Below, one piece after another: positions 1 through 9,046 of a stretch of DNA of 63,509 nt. Position 1 is the first letter of the stretch; each line of letters begins with the position of its first letter. The stretch covers positions 1-63,509 of the forward strand of contig JAYVSS010000059.1 of NCBI GenBank assembly GCA_043775075.1. Direction: 5' to 3'. The translations under genes were made by a program, and so were the position numbers. The notes under the pieces are model-generated. The model had not been told where the DNA came from. It was given only the letters and a program-made list of their open reading frames with translations, and searched no databases. The stretch comes from Acidimicrobiia bacterium. GTDB taxonomy: Bacteria > Actinomycetota > Acidimicrobiia > Acidimicrobiales > JANYDT01.

Positions 1-682
1 AGAGCCCGTGGGCTTCGTTGCCGAACACCATCGCCGTCGGTCCGCACAAGTCGGCATCGAAATAGGCCACGCAGTGATCAGGTCGAACTGCGGTGGCCCA
101 TGATCTAACCCCGTTGTCTCGGAAAAACGCGAGGGTCTCCGCCAGCGAAACGTCGGTCACGACGGGCAGATGAAACAGCGCTCCGGCGGTCGAGCGCACG
201 ACTTTTGGACTGGTGACGTCGACCGAGTCAGCGCAAAGGACAACCCCCACACCACCGGAAGCCTCGGCCGAGCGAATGAGTGTGCCGGCATTTCCCGGAT
301 CGCGGATATCTACTCCCACCACGACGAAGCCATCGCGCAGCAGACCGTCGGTCAAGTCGGGTAGACCCCACCGGCGCTGGTCAACAATCGCGCAAACCGG
401 CTGGGGAACAACAACATCAGCGATTCGCTCGAATACGCCTGCCTCCACCGAGACAATTTCGATTCCAAGTCGCGACGCCCGTTCGAGCACTTCGGCGACA
501 GGAAGATCGGAAGAGTCAGCGGACACGAATATGCACTCGATCGGCACCGCCGCGTTAAGTGCTTCGTGGAGCAGCTTGGGGCCTTCGATCACGAAGACGC
601 CTTCGTCGGAACGCGCACTGCGGCGCCCAAGAAGGCGCCGCAGTCGTTGAATTCTGGGGTTCTGAAAGCGAAGCGGAGTCAC
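1..682 (-). CDS. TrmH/SpoU-family RNA 2'-O-methyltransferase (3' end runs off the window)
   Basis: Absent from the ORF track because it is truncated. My reverse translation from GTG (682-680) reads VTPLRFQNPRIQRLRRLL...DIRDPGNAGTLIRSAEASG...MVFGNEAHGL, which are SpoU-type motifs. It lies directly downstream of infC-rpmI-rplT on the same strand. Confidence 0.8.
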   Translation of the reverse strand, partial: MTPLRFQNPRIQRLRRLLGRRSARSDEGVFVIEGPKLLHEALNAAVPIECIFVSADSSDLPVAEVLERASRLGIEIVSVEAGVFERIADVVVPQPVCAIVDQRRWGLPDLTDGLLRDGFVVVGVDIRDPGNAGTLIRSAEASGGVGVVLCADSVDVTSPKVVRSTAGALFHLPVVTDVSLAETLAFFRDNGVRSWATAVRPDHCVAYFDADLCGPTAMVFGNEAHGL

Positions 683-738
683 TGTCGATACAGGGGGGGT
701 ATCGATCAAGAGCGACTGGTCAGGCCGAAGCCTGGACG

Positions 739-1134
739 TCACGCTGCCGAGGTGGCCGAGGTGGCCGAAGGGGCGACGGAGACAGCGGCTTCAGACGCCG
801 ACTTCACCAATGAGGCGAACGCCGCGGAGTCAGTGACGGCCAGGTCGGCCAGCATCTTACGATCGACCTCAATACCGGCAACCTTGAGCCCGTTAATGAA
901 ACGGGAGTAGCTCATCCCGTTCACCCGGCATTCAGCATTGATGCGCTGGATCCAGAGTTCGCGCATGTCTCCTTTGCGGGCCCGGCGGTCACGAAACGCG
1001 TAGCGCATCGACTGCATGACTTGCTGGTTCGCAGTGCGAAAGGTCCGGCTCTTCGAACCGCGATAGCCCTTAGCCGCTTCGAGTACTGCTTTATGATGCT
1101 TCTTGGCGTGAACGCCACCCTTGACACGGGCCAT
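739..1134 (-). CDS. rplT: 50S ribosomal protein L20
   Basis: [30 protein letters not shown]... is a canonical L20 N-terminus. It has an Ala/Ser-rich C-terminal tail. Confidence 0.95.
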   Translation of the reverse strand: MARVKGGVHAKKHHKAVLEAAKGYRGSKSRTFRTANQQVMQSMRYAFRDRRARKGDMRELWIQRINAECRVNGMSYSRFINGLKVAGIEVDRKMLADLAVTDSAAFASLVKSASEAAVSVAPSATSATSAA

Positions 1135-1225
1135 GGGGAACTCCTTCTGGTGGGGCCCACAAAGGTGGCCCGGGGTACGAACAAAGTGCTACGTGAGCTG
1201 AGCGAACGTGCTCAGCGGAACAAAG

Positions 1226-1420
1226 TCAGATGCCGAGCATCTTCTTGACATTGGCGGCGTCGCCCTTGGCCAGAACCGAGTCCTTGGCCAAACGGCGGGT
1301 ACGCACCGAAGACTTGTGCTCGAGCTTGTGATAGCCGAACGCCTTCTCGCGCATGATCTTGCCGGTGCCGGTTACGCGGAAGCGCTTCTTCGCCGTGCGG
1401 TTGGTCTTCATCTTGGGCAT
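1226..1420 (-). CDS. rpmI: 50S ribosomal protein L35
   Basis: MPKMKTNRTAKKRFRVTGTGKIMR... is 64 aa. The ATG at 1420-1418 was re-called inside track ORF 1226..1621, whose 5' extension is just the opposite-frame reading of the infC repeat. Confidence 0.93.
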   Translation of the reverse strand: MPKMKTNRTAKKRFRVTGTGKIMREKAFGYHKLEHKSSVRTRRLAKDSVLAKGDAANVKKMLGI

Positions 1421-1457
1421 TGGGGTCTCCAGGTAGAAATCCGCGGCCCGAAACAGT

Positions 1458-2246
1458 TCATTCCGACGGTGCGTCGGCGGGAGCGGGTTCGGCTGCGGGT
1501 GCTGCAGTGACGACAGGTAATTCGGTAACGACGGGTATCTCGGTAACGACGGGTATCTCGGTAACGACGGGTATTTCGGTAAGAACAGGTAATTCGGTGA
1601 CGACAAGTACTGCCGGCTCACTTGGCTCCTGCTCGGTGGCAGCCAGGGCCGATCCCTCGGCGCCGGAATTGACGGAACCTTCGGGGCGAGGACCCTTTGA
1701 CTTCGGGGGCGCCACCTTTTTTTCCGGAGCCAACACCATGGTCATGTTGCGTCCATCGAGGCGGGGAACCGCTTCCATTTTTGCGTTCGGTCCGATAATT
1801 TCGGCCACCTTATTGAGGATTTTCATCCCCAACTCCGGGTGAGCGACCTCTCGGCCACGGAACATGATCGTGATTTTGACCTTGTGACCCTCTGACAAAA
1901 ACTCGGCGACCTTGCGGGTCTTGGTGTCGAAGTCTCCGCCGCCAATTTTGGGGCGGTATTTCATCTCCTTGATGGAGATAGCGACGGACTTCTTCCGGGC
2001 TTCTTTGTCCTTCTGCTTGAGCTCATACAAATACTTCGGGTAATCGAGAATCTTGCAGACCGGCGGATTAGCCATCGGCGCGATTTCGACCAGGTCGAGC
2101 TCAAGTTCACGAGCAAGTTGCAGGGCTTCCGGAAGCGGCTTTATCCCCAGCGGGGCGCCTTCGGGGCCGAGCAGTCGAACCTCACGAGCACGGATGCGCT
2201 CGTTGATTCGGGGCTCGCGGGGGTCATTGGATGGGGCAGTAGCGAT
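1458..2246 (-). CDS. infC: translation initiation factor IF-3, with non-canonical ATC start and a long repeat-containing C-terminal tail
   Basis: The track ORF starts at ATG 2075 and lacks the N-domain. Reading the frame upstream gives ...PREPRINERIRAREVRLLGPEGAPLGIKPLPEALQLARELELDLVEIAPMANPPVCKILDY. An in-frame TGA lies at 2255-2253, and the only start-like codon after it is ATC (2246-2244), 9 nt after GAGGAG. Confidence 0.85.
   Translation of the reverse strand: MATAPSNDPREPRINERIRAREVRLLGPEGAPLGIKPLPEALQLARELELDLVEIAPMANPPVCKILDYPKYLYELKQKDKEARKKSVAISIKEMKYRPKIGGGDFDTKTRKVAEFLSEGHKVKITIMFRGREVAHPELGMKILNKVAEIIGPNAKMEAVPRLDGRNMTMVLAPEKKVAPPKSKGPRPEGSVNSGAEGSALAATEQEPSEPAVLVVTELPVLTEIPVVTEIPVVTEIPVVTELPVVTAAPAAEPAPADAPSE
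1508..1612. repeat. 18-bp in-frame tandem repeat (about 5-6 copies, 3 near-identical) inside the infC 3' region
   Basis: cggtaacgacgggtatct is repeated. It translates on the minus strand as VVTELPVLTEIPVVTEIPVVTEIPVVTELPVVT. Confidence 0.9.
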
Positions 2247-2465
2247 TCGGCATCACTCCTCGGGTCGGGTTGGACGTGCGGGAAAAAGCACCGCGGACGC
2301 CCACCACGAACCCGGCAATGCGGGACTGCGGTGAAGGACCTCTTGGTCAACCTCGGCCCACGGTCTCTACCGAAGTAGAACTTGTGGCCGGGTGGGGAAT
2401 CGCCTCGCTGTTGGCCGACGGTTCCCACTTTTTCTCTGTTGTGAGCAGATAGGTTACACGGAACC

Positions 2466-2858
2466 ATGAGTTCCCTTTGGACCCCCGATGGCGAGCGCCC
2501 CGTGCGCCGCTCCCCCGATCCCCAACCGGCCCCCGCTGAACCGGCGCCGCCGGTGTCCCTGTCGCCCGAGGATATGGCCGAGTTGCAGGACGAACTGGCC
2601 GAAGCGCAGCGCGAAATTCTGTCTGTACCGGCGTCGGCCATCGTGGCGAACCATGCGATCGGCCTGTTTCAGCTGGCTGCGGTGCATCTGCAGGTCGTTC
2701 CCCCGAACCTGGACGACGCTCGCTTGGCCATTGACGCAATGGGAGTATTGGTTGACGGCCTGCATGGACGACTCGGCGTCGACGAGGGCACGCTCGACGA
2801 TGCGTTGGCGCAAATTCGGATGGCCTTCGTGCAGGTCGCCGGAAGCGTCGAGGCATAA
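2466..2858 (+). CDS. DUF1844-like protein
   Basis: Pro-rich N-terminus followed by ...VANHAIGLFQLAAVHL...DDARLAIDAMGVLVDGL...LAQIRMAFV. It is divergent from infC, as is usual for this family. Assigned from memory of the family pattern. Confidence 0.6.
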   Translation: MSSLWTPDGERPVRRSPDPQPAPAEPAPPVSLSPEDMAELQDELAEAQREILSVPASAIVANHAIGLFQLAAVHLQVVPPNLDDARLAIDAMGVLVDGLHGRLGVDEGTLDDALAQIRMAFVQVAGSVEA

Positions 2859-2960
2859 CTCGCCCAGACCGGGCAGGTAACACCTAAGAACGATCAGCAC
2901 GGTTCGGAGTCGGCCGAATCATGCTTATCGCGTCGCCGCAACGGCTGTATTGGGGCGTTA

Positions 2961-3362
2961 CTACTCCCGAAGGAGCCAGTGAGCACGTGCTTCGTCGAGG
3001 GACGAGCCATTTGCTCCTCCGGCGTAGGAGGGATCGAGCGATTGGACGGGATCGTCCTCCCAACCGCAGCAAGGGCAAATCTCGTAGCCGGCAACCTCGC
3101 CGGGAACTGCGGTTCGGCAAACCGGGCAAGGAAACGACGGCGAGCGCAGTGCAATGTTGCTGCCCTCCCAATTTCCGTTGGCTGAGGCTCTGAGCGTTAC
3201 TTCGACATTGGCGCCGATGCCTATGCGGCGAGAGCCATCGGCAATGGCGGTGGCGTGAAAGTTGGAGATCCGGCCATCGACGAGTTCGACGCCTCCAATG
3301 CCGACGACCGGATCAAAGGCGATGACCCGCCCGCGCAACGTGACTGAGCGAAGGTACGCCAT
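2961..3362 (-). CDS. CPCC-family cysteine-rich protein with an N-terminal cold-shock-like (OB) domain
   Basis: The C-terminus reads CPVCRTAVPGEVAGYEICPCCGWEDDPVQ...GGANGSSLDEAR. The N-terminus reads GRVIAFDPVVGIGGVELVDGRISNFHATAIADG..GANVEVTL. ATG 3362 lies 1 nt after the hisG stop codon. Confidence 0.7.
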   Translation of the reverse strand: MAYLRSVTLRGRVIAFDPVVGIGGVELVDGRISNFHATAIADGSRRIGIGANVEVTLRASANGNWEGSNIALRSPSFPCPVCRTAVPGEVAGYEICPCCGWEDDPVQSLDPSYAGGANGSSLDEARAHWLLRE

Positions 3363-3363
3363 G

Positions 3364-4239
3364 TCAGTGGATAATTTTCTCGATCGGCAGCTCAAGGATG
3401 TCGGTGGCGCCAGCGTCCTTCAGGGCGGGAATAAGCGTGTTGATTCCGCGTTTTGCTACGACCGTTTCGATGGCGTATCCCGAGTCGCCGAACAGCTTTG
3501 ACACCGTCGGTGTCTTCATTGACGGGACGAGGGCCACGACCGCGTCAAAGTTGGCGTTATCGACGTTGAGCTTTAACAGGACTTTGCCGCGAGCTTCCAG
3601 GGTTCCTGCCAGGAGCGTGTGAATCTGCTCCATGGCGTGCCGCTTCACCGGATCGGCGTACGCCTCGGCGTTGGCGATGAGTTCGGTATAGCTCGTGAGT
3701 ACGGTATCGATAATGCGTAGTCCGGCAGCTCGTAGCGCCGATCCGGTCTCGGTAATTTCCACGACCACGTCGGCGATATCAGGAATTTTCGCCTCGGTTG
3801 CCCCATACGAGAGACGAACGTGAGCATCGATTCCGAGACCTTCGAAATACCGTTTGCTGAGACCGACGTATTCCGTGGAGACGCGGATTCCGGACGGGAG
3901 ATCGTTTCCTGACCTCCAAGGCGAATCGTTGGCCACGGCGACGACGAGCCGGATCGGACGCGCCGTCGCCTTGGAGTAGTGCAACTCACCAAGGGTCACC
4001 ACACTGCTGGCGGTTTCCTCGATCCAGTCCCGCCCGGTAATGCCGAGATCAAACATGCCTTCGGCCACATAGGCGGCGATTTCTTGCGGGCGGAGAATGC
4101 GAACTTCGCTGATTCGTGGGTCGTCGATCGATGCGAGGTACTGCACCGACGATGCTCGCTGCACGGGGAGATCCGCGTGCTCGAACAGTTCCAGCGTTGC
4201 TCGCTCAAGAGAACCTTTGGGGAGAACGAGTCGGAGCAT
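3364..4239 (-). CDS. hisG: ATP phosphoribosyltransferase (long form)
   Basis: MLRLVLPKGSLERATLELFE...ILRPQEIAAYVAEGMFDLGITGRDW..., 291 aa. Confidence 0.92.
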   Translation of the reverse strand: MLRLVLPKGSLERATLELFEHADLPVQRASSVQYLASIDDPRISEVRILRPQEIAAYVAEGMFDLGITGRDWIEETASSVVTLGELHYSKATARPIRLVVAVANDSPWRSGNDLPSGIRVSTEYVGLSKRYFEGLGIDAHVRLSYGATEAKIPDIADVVVEITETGSALRAAGLRIIDTVLTSYTELIANAEAYADPVKRHAMEQIHTLLAGTLEARGKVLLKLNVDNANFDAVVALVPSMKTPTVSKLFGDSGYAIETVVAKRGINTLIPALKDAGATDILELPIEKIIH

Positions 4240-4369
4240 TGGCGCAGATCTTATGGCGGGCGGGGGGCATGGACCGCAGACTTACCCGGCGAGCACTGAA
4301 GCGCACCGGAGGAGCGCAGCACCAGACAAGAACAGCTTATGGCGGACGGTGAACGTGAATTGTGAGGAC

Positions 4370-4843
4370 TTAGTGGATTGTGGTTTCCCCGGTCATGAGG
4401 GAGAGGGCGTGGGGAATCATGTCGAGAACTGCCGTGAGGCACTCGACGCATCCCTTCGGTGAACCCGGGGTATTCACAATGACGGCTGTTCCGAGCGTGC
4501 CCGCCGTCCCCCGGGAGAGACGGCCGAGTTTGGGATTGATTGCCCGCGTCGCTTCGGCGATACCCGGTGCGAGACGGTCGAGAACTGCCGCGGTTCCCTC
4601 CGGCGTCCAGTCTCTCGGTCCGAACCCGGTGCCGCCCGTGGTCACGACAAGCCCCTCAAAATCTTCGCAAAGCGAACGTAGTGCCGCGGAAACGGACTCC
4701 ACTCCATCGGGAACAACGCGAGAGTCGACGACGACCCACCCCTCCCCCGCCAGTAGCTCGACGAGGGCCGCTCCGGACCGATCCTCTCGAACTCCGTAGT
4801 GGACACCGTCGGACACGGTAAGAACCTTCGCCTGCAATTTCAT
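4370..4843 (-). CDS. MogA/MoaB-family molybdenum cofactor biosynthesis protein
   Basis: KVLTVSDGV...VVTTGGTGFGPRDWTPEG...NTPGSPKG. ATGA overlap with the rpe stop. Confidence 0.85.
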   Translation of the reverse strand: MKLQAKVLTVSDGVHYGVREDRSGAALVELLAGEGWVVVDSRVVPDGVESVSAALRSLCEDFEGLVVTTGGTGFGPRDWTPEGTAAVLDRLAPGIAEATRAINPKLGRLSRGTAGTLGTAVIVNTPGSPKGCVECLTAVLDMIPHALSLMTGETTIH

Positions 4844-5535
4844 GACGACGTTCCGTCCGTCAATGCCAAGACGATTGACTCACGCAACCTTCTCGCTGCT
4901 CCGAGTGGGTCCGACGACGCAAAGATCGCATTCCCGGCCACGAATGCAACGGCGCCCGCACGGGCGCACGATGGAGCAGTGGTGACCGAGATGCCTCCGT
5001 CCACCTGGAGCACTGTCGGCGTTCCCAGCGTGGTGATTTCGCGAGCAGTCTGCTCGATCTTTGGAAGTACCTCAGGCATGAACGATTGTCCACCGAAGCC
5101 GGGGAACACCGTCATGATGAGGACGGTATCGACGTGGCCGAGAAAGTCGGCAAAGGCGGCAAAAGGGGCGTCTGGGTTGGCGACCAGGCCGACCTTCATG
5201 CCCAGATCACGACACTGGGAAATGAGTTGGTGAGTGTTTCCGAGTTCTATGTGCACGGAGCATTGGCTGGCACCCGCGTTGGCAAAGTCGGGGAGATACT
5301 TTTTTGGGTCGGTGATCATCAGATGACAATCAAGGAAGGCGTCAGTATGCGCACGTAGGGACTTCACCACCGGTGCACCGATCGTGATGTTGGGAACGAA
5401 GTGTCCGTCCATGACGTCGACATGCAACCAGTCAGTTTCCGCCGCAACGGCGTCGACATCGTCCGCCAGCCGGGCAAAGTCGGCCGATAGAATCGACGGG
5501 CAAATCCGTATTGAGTGCGTAGATCCCACGCCCAT
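4840..5535 (-). CDS. rpe: ribulose-phosphate 3-epimerase
   Basis: MGVGSTHSIRICPSILSADFARLADDV...HVDVMDGHFVPN... The start was re-called to ATG 5535; the track's GTG at 5601 adds 22 aa. Confidence 0.9.
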   Translation of the reverse strand: MGVGSTHSIRICPSILSADFARLADDVDAVAAETDWLHVDVMDGHFVPNITIGAPVVKSLRAHTDAFLDCHLMITDPKKYLPDFANAGASQCSVHIELGNTHQLISQCRDLGMKVGLVANPDAPFAAFADFLGHVDTVLIMTVFPGFGGQSFMPEVLPKIEQTAREITTLGTPTVLQVDGGISVTTAPSCARAGAVAFVAGNAIFASSDPLGAARRLRESIVLALTDGTSS

Positions 5536-5631
5536 GACGGTAACCGGCCCGGTGTCAATGCGAGAAAACCGACCCCGGCCTTCGCCAAAATCCGTTCCCA
5601 CCCTGACGTCAAGCCGCTACGTTTCTCGTCG

Positions 5632-6510
5632 ATGGGACGCACACTTCGGGTCGGGGAGATGCAGTTGGCAATTGAAGGGCTGGCGATCGCCCGGTCGATC
5701 TTCAGCGGTAACGACGCGGTCATCGGGGCGCGCGTCGACGGAATACGGTCGGTGATTCTCGACCTTGACAGTAACGACGATGGATCGCTCGCAAAGTACA
5801 GCGTGTCCGTCAACGAACTTGACCTCATCGCCGGCTACCGGCTGTGGGCGGCCACCTACGACGCTCTTGACAACGCTCTCATCACCTTTGAAGAGCCCGT
5901 GGTCCGTGAACTCGTGGGACCGGGCCCATGGGGTGACGTCCTTGATGCTTGCACCGGAACCGGGCGCCACCTCGCTTGGTTGGTGGAACATTCGGCGAGT
6001 GTCACCGGGCTCGATCAATCCGCCGAAATGCTGGCGATTGCCAAGGCCAAGGTGCCCGGTGCATCGTTTCTGTTGGGGTCACTCTGCGATGACCACGACG
6101 GTGATCTGCCCGACGCGTCGTTTGACCTCATCGTCTGCTCGCTCGCTCTGGCGCATTTCCCCAATCTCGACGAACCGGTCGCCACGCTCGCCCGGCTGGT
6201 GCGCCCCGGCGGCCGTATCGTATTGTCCGACAGCCACCCGTTGTTCAATGCCCTTGATGGTCAAGCGTTCTTTCCCCACGATGACGGGTCGACCCCTTTC
6301 GTCCGTAACTATGACCACCTCATCAGCGATTACCTCCGCGCATTTCGTCGAGCCGGATTAGTCGTCGATGAATGCTTGGAACCCCGCCTCGGCCCACACG
6401 ATGGACCGATGGCCTCGGGCGTAATGGCGTCGATCGCCCCCGATGCAGTTCGCCAAGCATTCCTCGGCCTCACCTCGGTCCTCGCCTGGTCGCTGCACCG
6501 ACCCGTCTAG
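5632..6510 (+). CDS. class I SAM-dependent methyltransferase
   Basis: Motif I is VLDACTGTGRH; a later motif reads LVRPGGRIVLSD. ATG 5632 was chosen so the gene does not overlap the divergent rpe. Confidence 0.8.
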   Translation: MGRTLRVGEMQLAIEGLAIARSIFSGNDAVIGARVDGIRSVILDLDSNDDGSLAKYSVSVNELDLIAGYRLWAATYDALDNALITFEEPVVRELVGPGPWGDVLDACTGTGRHLAWLVEHSASVTGLDQSAEMLAIAKAKVPGASFLLGSLCDDHDGDLPDASFDLIVCSLALAHFPNLDEPVATLARLVRPGGRIVLSDSHPLFNALDGQAFFPHDDGSTPFVRNYDHLISDYLRAFRRAGLVVDECLEPRLGPHDGPMASGVMASIAPDAVRQAFLGLTSVLAWSLHRPV

Positions 6511-6602
6511 CAGCCACCCGCCACATTTAGCCCGGCGACGACGCGCTGCGTCCGCCAGAGTTGGCGCCGCAATGCGTCGTCGCGAGCCACACTGGTGGGG
6601 TT

Positions 6603-7538
6603 ATGCGCGCCATCCGTTTGCACGAGTTCTCCGGCCCACTCACGCTGGTGGAGGTAGATGAACGGGTCGTGGCGGCCGACGAGATTTTGGTGGAACTTCG
6701 ATATGGCACCGTCAACCCACTCGATGTGTGGTGCTGCAGCGGGAACTTCGCCGCCGTCACGCCGCTCCCTCACATTCCCGGAGCCGAAGGTTTGGGGACG
6801 GCAAACGGCAAGACCGTGATCGTAAATGGCAGCGGAATTGGACTCGCCAGGAATGGCACGTACGCCGAACGGATCGCTGCGCCGGCGGCGGCGATCACTA
6901 CCGTGCCCGATGACATTGATCCGCTCCAAGCTGCTGCGCTGGGGATTTCCGGAGTAACTGCCTACCGCTGCTTGGTCACCAACGGGTTGGCGACCTCTAC
7001 GGACAGCGTTCTGGTGACCGGCGCATCGGGTGGCGTTGGTTCGCTCGTGGTGCAACTTGCCCACCAACGCGGCGTTCGGGTGCTCGCTCAAACGTCGAAT
7101 GCCGAAAAGGCCGACGAATTGTTCGACCTCGGCGCCGACCGGGTCATCATCGCCCGTAGCGGTGATGATCTGCCGAACGCACTGGCGGGCGAGAACCCGT
7201 CGATTGTCGTTGATGGCGTGGCCGGGTCATTCGTACGCGCGCTTATTGATTCGCTCGCCCCCGGTGGGCGCTACGTGAACTATGGAACATCAGGGGGTAC
7301 GGCGGTCAACTTTGATATGCGCACGTTGTACCGAAAGGGCGTCACCCTGTCCGGATACAGCGGCCTGCGTGAGACCGATCGGTCCGATGCGTTCGATGCC
7401 CTTTTCGACGCTGTTCGATCTGGAAAAGTCCGAGTGCCGGTCGACGCAGTCCTGCCGTTGGCTGAGGCCAACGCCGCTCACGCCCGAATATTGGCCAAGG
7501 GCGTCCGCGGCAAGTTGCTGCTCGACGTCAACGCATAA
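6603..7538 (+). CDS. zinc-type alcohol dehydrogenase / quinone oxidoreductase family (MDR) protein
   Basis: MRAIRLHEFSGP...VLVTGASGGVGSLVVQLA... Confidence 0.85.
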   Translation: MRAIRLHEFSGPLTLVEVDERVVAADEILVELRYGTVNPLDVWCCSGNFAAVTPLPHIPGAEGLGTANGKTVIVNGSGIGLARNGTYAERIAAPAAAITTVPDDIDPLQAAALGISGVTAYRCLVTNGLATSTDSVLVTGASGGVGSLVVQLAHQRGVRVLAQTSNAEKADELFDLGADRVIIARSGDDLPNALAGENPSIVVDGVAGSFVRALIDSLAPGGRYVNYGTSGGTAVNFDMRTLYRKGVTLSGYSGLRETDRSDAFDALFDAVRSGKVRVPVDAVLPLAEANAAHARILAKGVRGKLLLDVNA

Positions 7539-7571
7539 GTAGCTAGCTCACCAAGCGAAACTGACCCGGTC

Positions 7572-8225
7572 ATGCTGCGCGCCATTTTCTTCGATTTTGA
7601 CGGACTTCTCGCCGATACCGAGAGCGCGGTCCTTGCGTCTGCGGTCTCAATTTTTCACGAACACGGAGCCGAGTTCCCGTTTGAACGATGGCTCAGCGTG
7701 GTCGGCACGTCACAACCAGAAGGTTTCTGGGTCCCTTGGCTCTCCGAACAAACCGGTCACCCACATGACGCCAACGAGCTTTGGGCCGACTCGCAGCGAA
7801 GGAACATCGAGATGGTCGCTGCGCTCTCCCCGAATCCGGGAGTGGAGGACCTCCTGCGCGAAGCTAAACATGCGAATATCGCCACAAGAGTGGTGAGTAG
7901 TTCGCCCAGTTCGTGGGTGGTCCCGATTAGCGAGCGCCTCGGTCTGCGACCGTTTCTCGGGGGGTTCACGACGCGCGAGCATGCGGAGCGAGCCAAGCCC
8001 CATCCCGACCTCTATCTGGCGGCACTGTCCGCCACGGGAACCGATGCCACGGAAGCGATCGTGTTCGAGGACTCGGCGAACGGTGTTCATGCCGCCAAGG
8101 CTGCAGGTTTGCAGGTCATCGCCGTTCCTGGCCCGGTGACGAGCCGTCAGGACTTCAGCCACGCCACTGCGGTCATCTCCTCAATCGCCGACGTGGATAT
8201 TGCCCACTTGCGCACGATGTTCTGA
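7572..8225 (+). CDS. HAD-family hydrolase (beta-phosphoglucomutase-like subfamily)
   Basis: MLRAIFFDFDGLLADTE contains the DxDx(T/V) motif. The late motif reads FEDSANGVHAAKAAG. Confidence 0.85.
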   Translation: MLRAIFFDFDGLLADTESAVLASAVSIFHEHGAEFPFERWLSVVGTSQPEGFWVPWLSEQTGHPHDANELWADSQRRNIEMVAALSPNPGVEDLLREAKHANIATRVVSSSPSSWVVPISERLGLRPFLGGFTTREHAERAKPHPDLYLAALSATGTDATEAIVFEDSANGVHAAKAAGLQVIAVPGPVTSRQDFSHATAVISSIADVDIAHLRTMF

Positions 8226-8257
8226 GCGTTCTGACCGTTCGGGTGTTCTGGCGTGCA

Positions 8258-9043
8258 CTACGCGATCCATGACGGCGAACGCTTTTCCGCGAAGGCCCGC
8301 ATACCTTCGGTCGCTTCCTCGGAACCGAACAGACGTCCGGACAACTCGGCCATCTCTCGGAATGCGGCCCGACGCGCCTCGCGGTTGCGGTATCCAAGCA
8401 GGCCCTTCGTCGCGGCCATTGCCGCCGGCCCACCAAGGAGCAACCGGCCGACCAGTTCGTCGGTGACCACGTCGACCTGACCGGAAGGAACCACGCGGTT
8501 CACCAGTCCGACCCGCAATGCCTCGGCCGCCGATATACGGTCGCCGGTCAGGAACAATTCGGCGGCATCGGCTTGGCGCATTCGCGGCAGACAGACCACG
8601 CTGATGATCGCCGGGGCCACTCCGATCCGCACTTCGGTGAACCCAAATGTGGCCGAGTCTGGAGCGACCACCAGGTCGCACGAACAGGCCAGCCCGAGCC
8701 CGCCGGCGAGCGCCGACCCGTTGAGCTTGGCGACCACCGGCTTGGGGGCATCGAGAATTTGTTCAAAAACCTTGACGAAAGTCGGGACGCCGTCTGCCGC
8801 ATCGCCGGTCGAGACCGTCCGACGCTCCTTGAGGTCAGCCCCGGCGCAGAACACCGTCCCTGTTCCGGTCAGAACGATGACCCGCACCGACTCGTCGGCA
8901 ATGACCTGCTCAAGGGAGGCGGCGAGGGCCTCCACCAGTTCGGTCGACAGCGCGTTGCGATTCGCCGGCCGGTTGAGGGTGATCATCGCCACACCAGACG
9001 CAACGGTGAGAAGGGTGGCAGGCTCGTTCATCGCTTCACTCAT
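8258..9043 (-). CDS. enoyl-CoA hydratase/isomerase (crotonase) family protein
   Basis: ITLNRPANRNALS...VLTGTGTVFCAGADLKE...NGSALAGGLGLACSCD... Confidence 0.88.
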   Translation of the reverse strand: MSEAMNEPATLLTVASGVAMITLNRPANRNALSTELVEALAASLEQVIADESVRVIVLTGTGTVFCAGADLKERRTVSTGDAADGVPTFVKVFEQILDAPKPVVAKLNGSALAGGLGLACSCDLVVAPDSATFGFTEVRIGVAPAIISVVCLPRMRQADAAELFLTGDRISAAEALRVGLVNRVVPSGQVDVVTDELVGRLLLGGPAAMAATKGLLGYRNREARRAAFREMAELSGRLFGSEEATEGMRAFAEKRSPSWIA

Positions 9044-9046
9044 CGG

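Noticed and set aside
1421-1621. 5' extension of the rpmI ORF with a PKYPSLPRYPSLPRYPSLPNY repeat
   Set aside because: It is the opposite-frame reading of the infC 18-bp repeat. L35 begins at MPKMKTN (1420).
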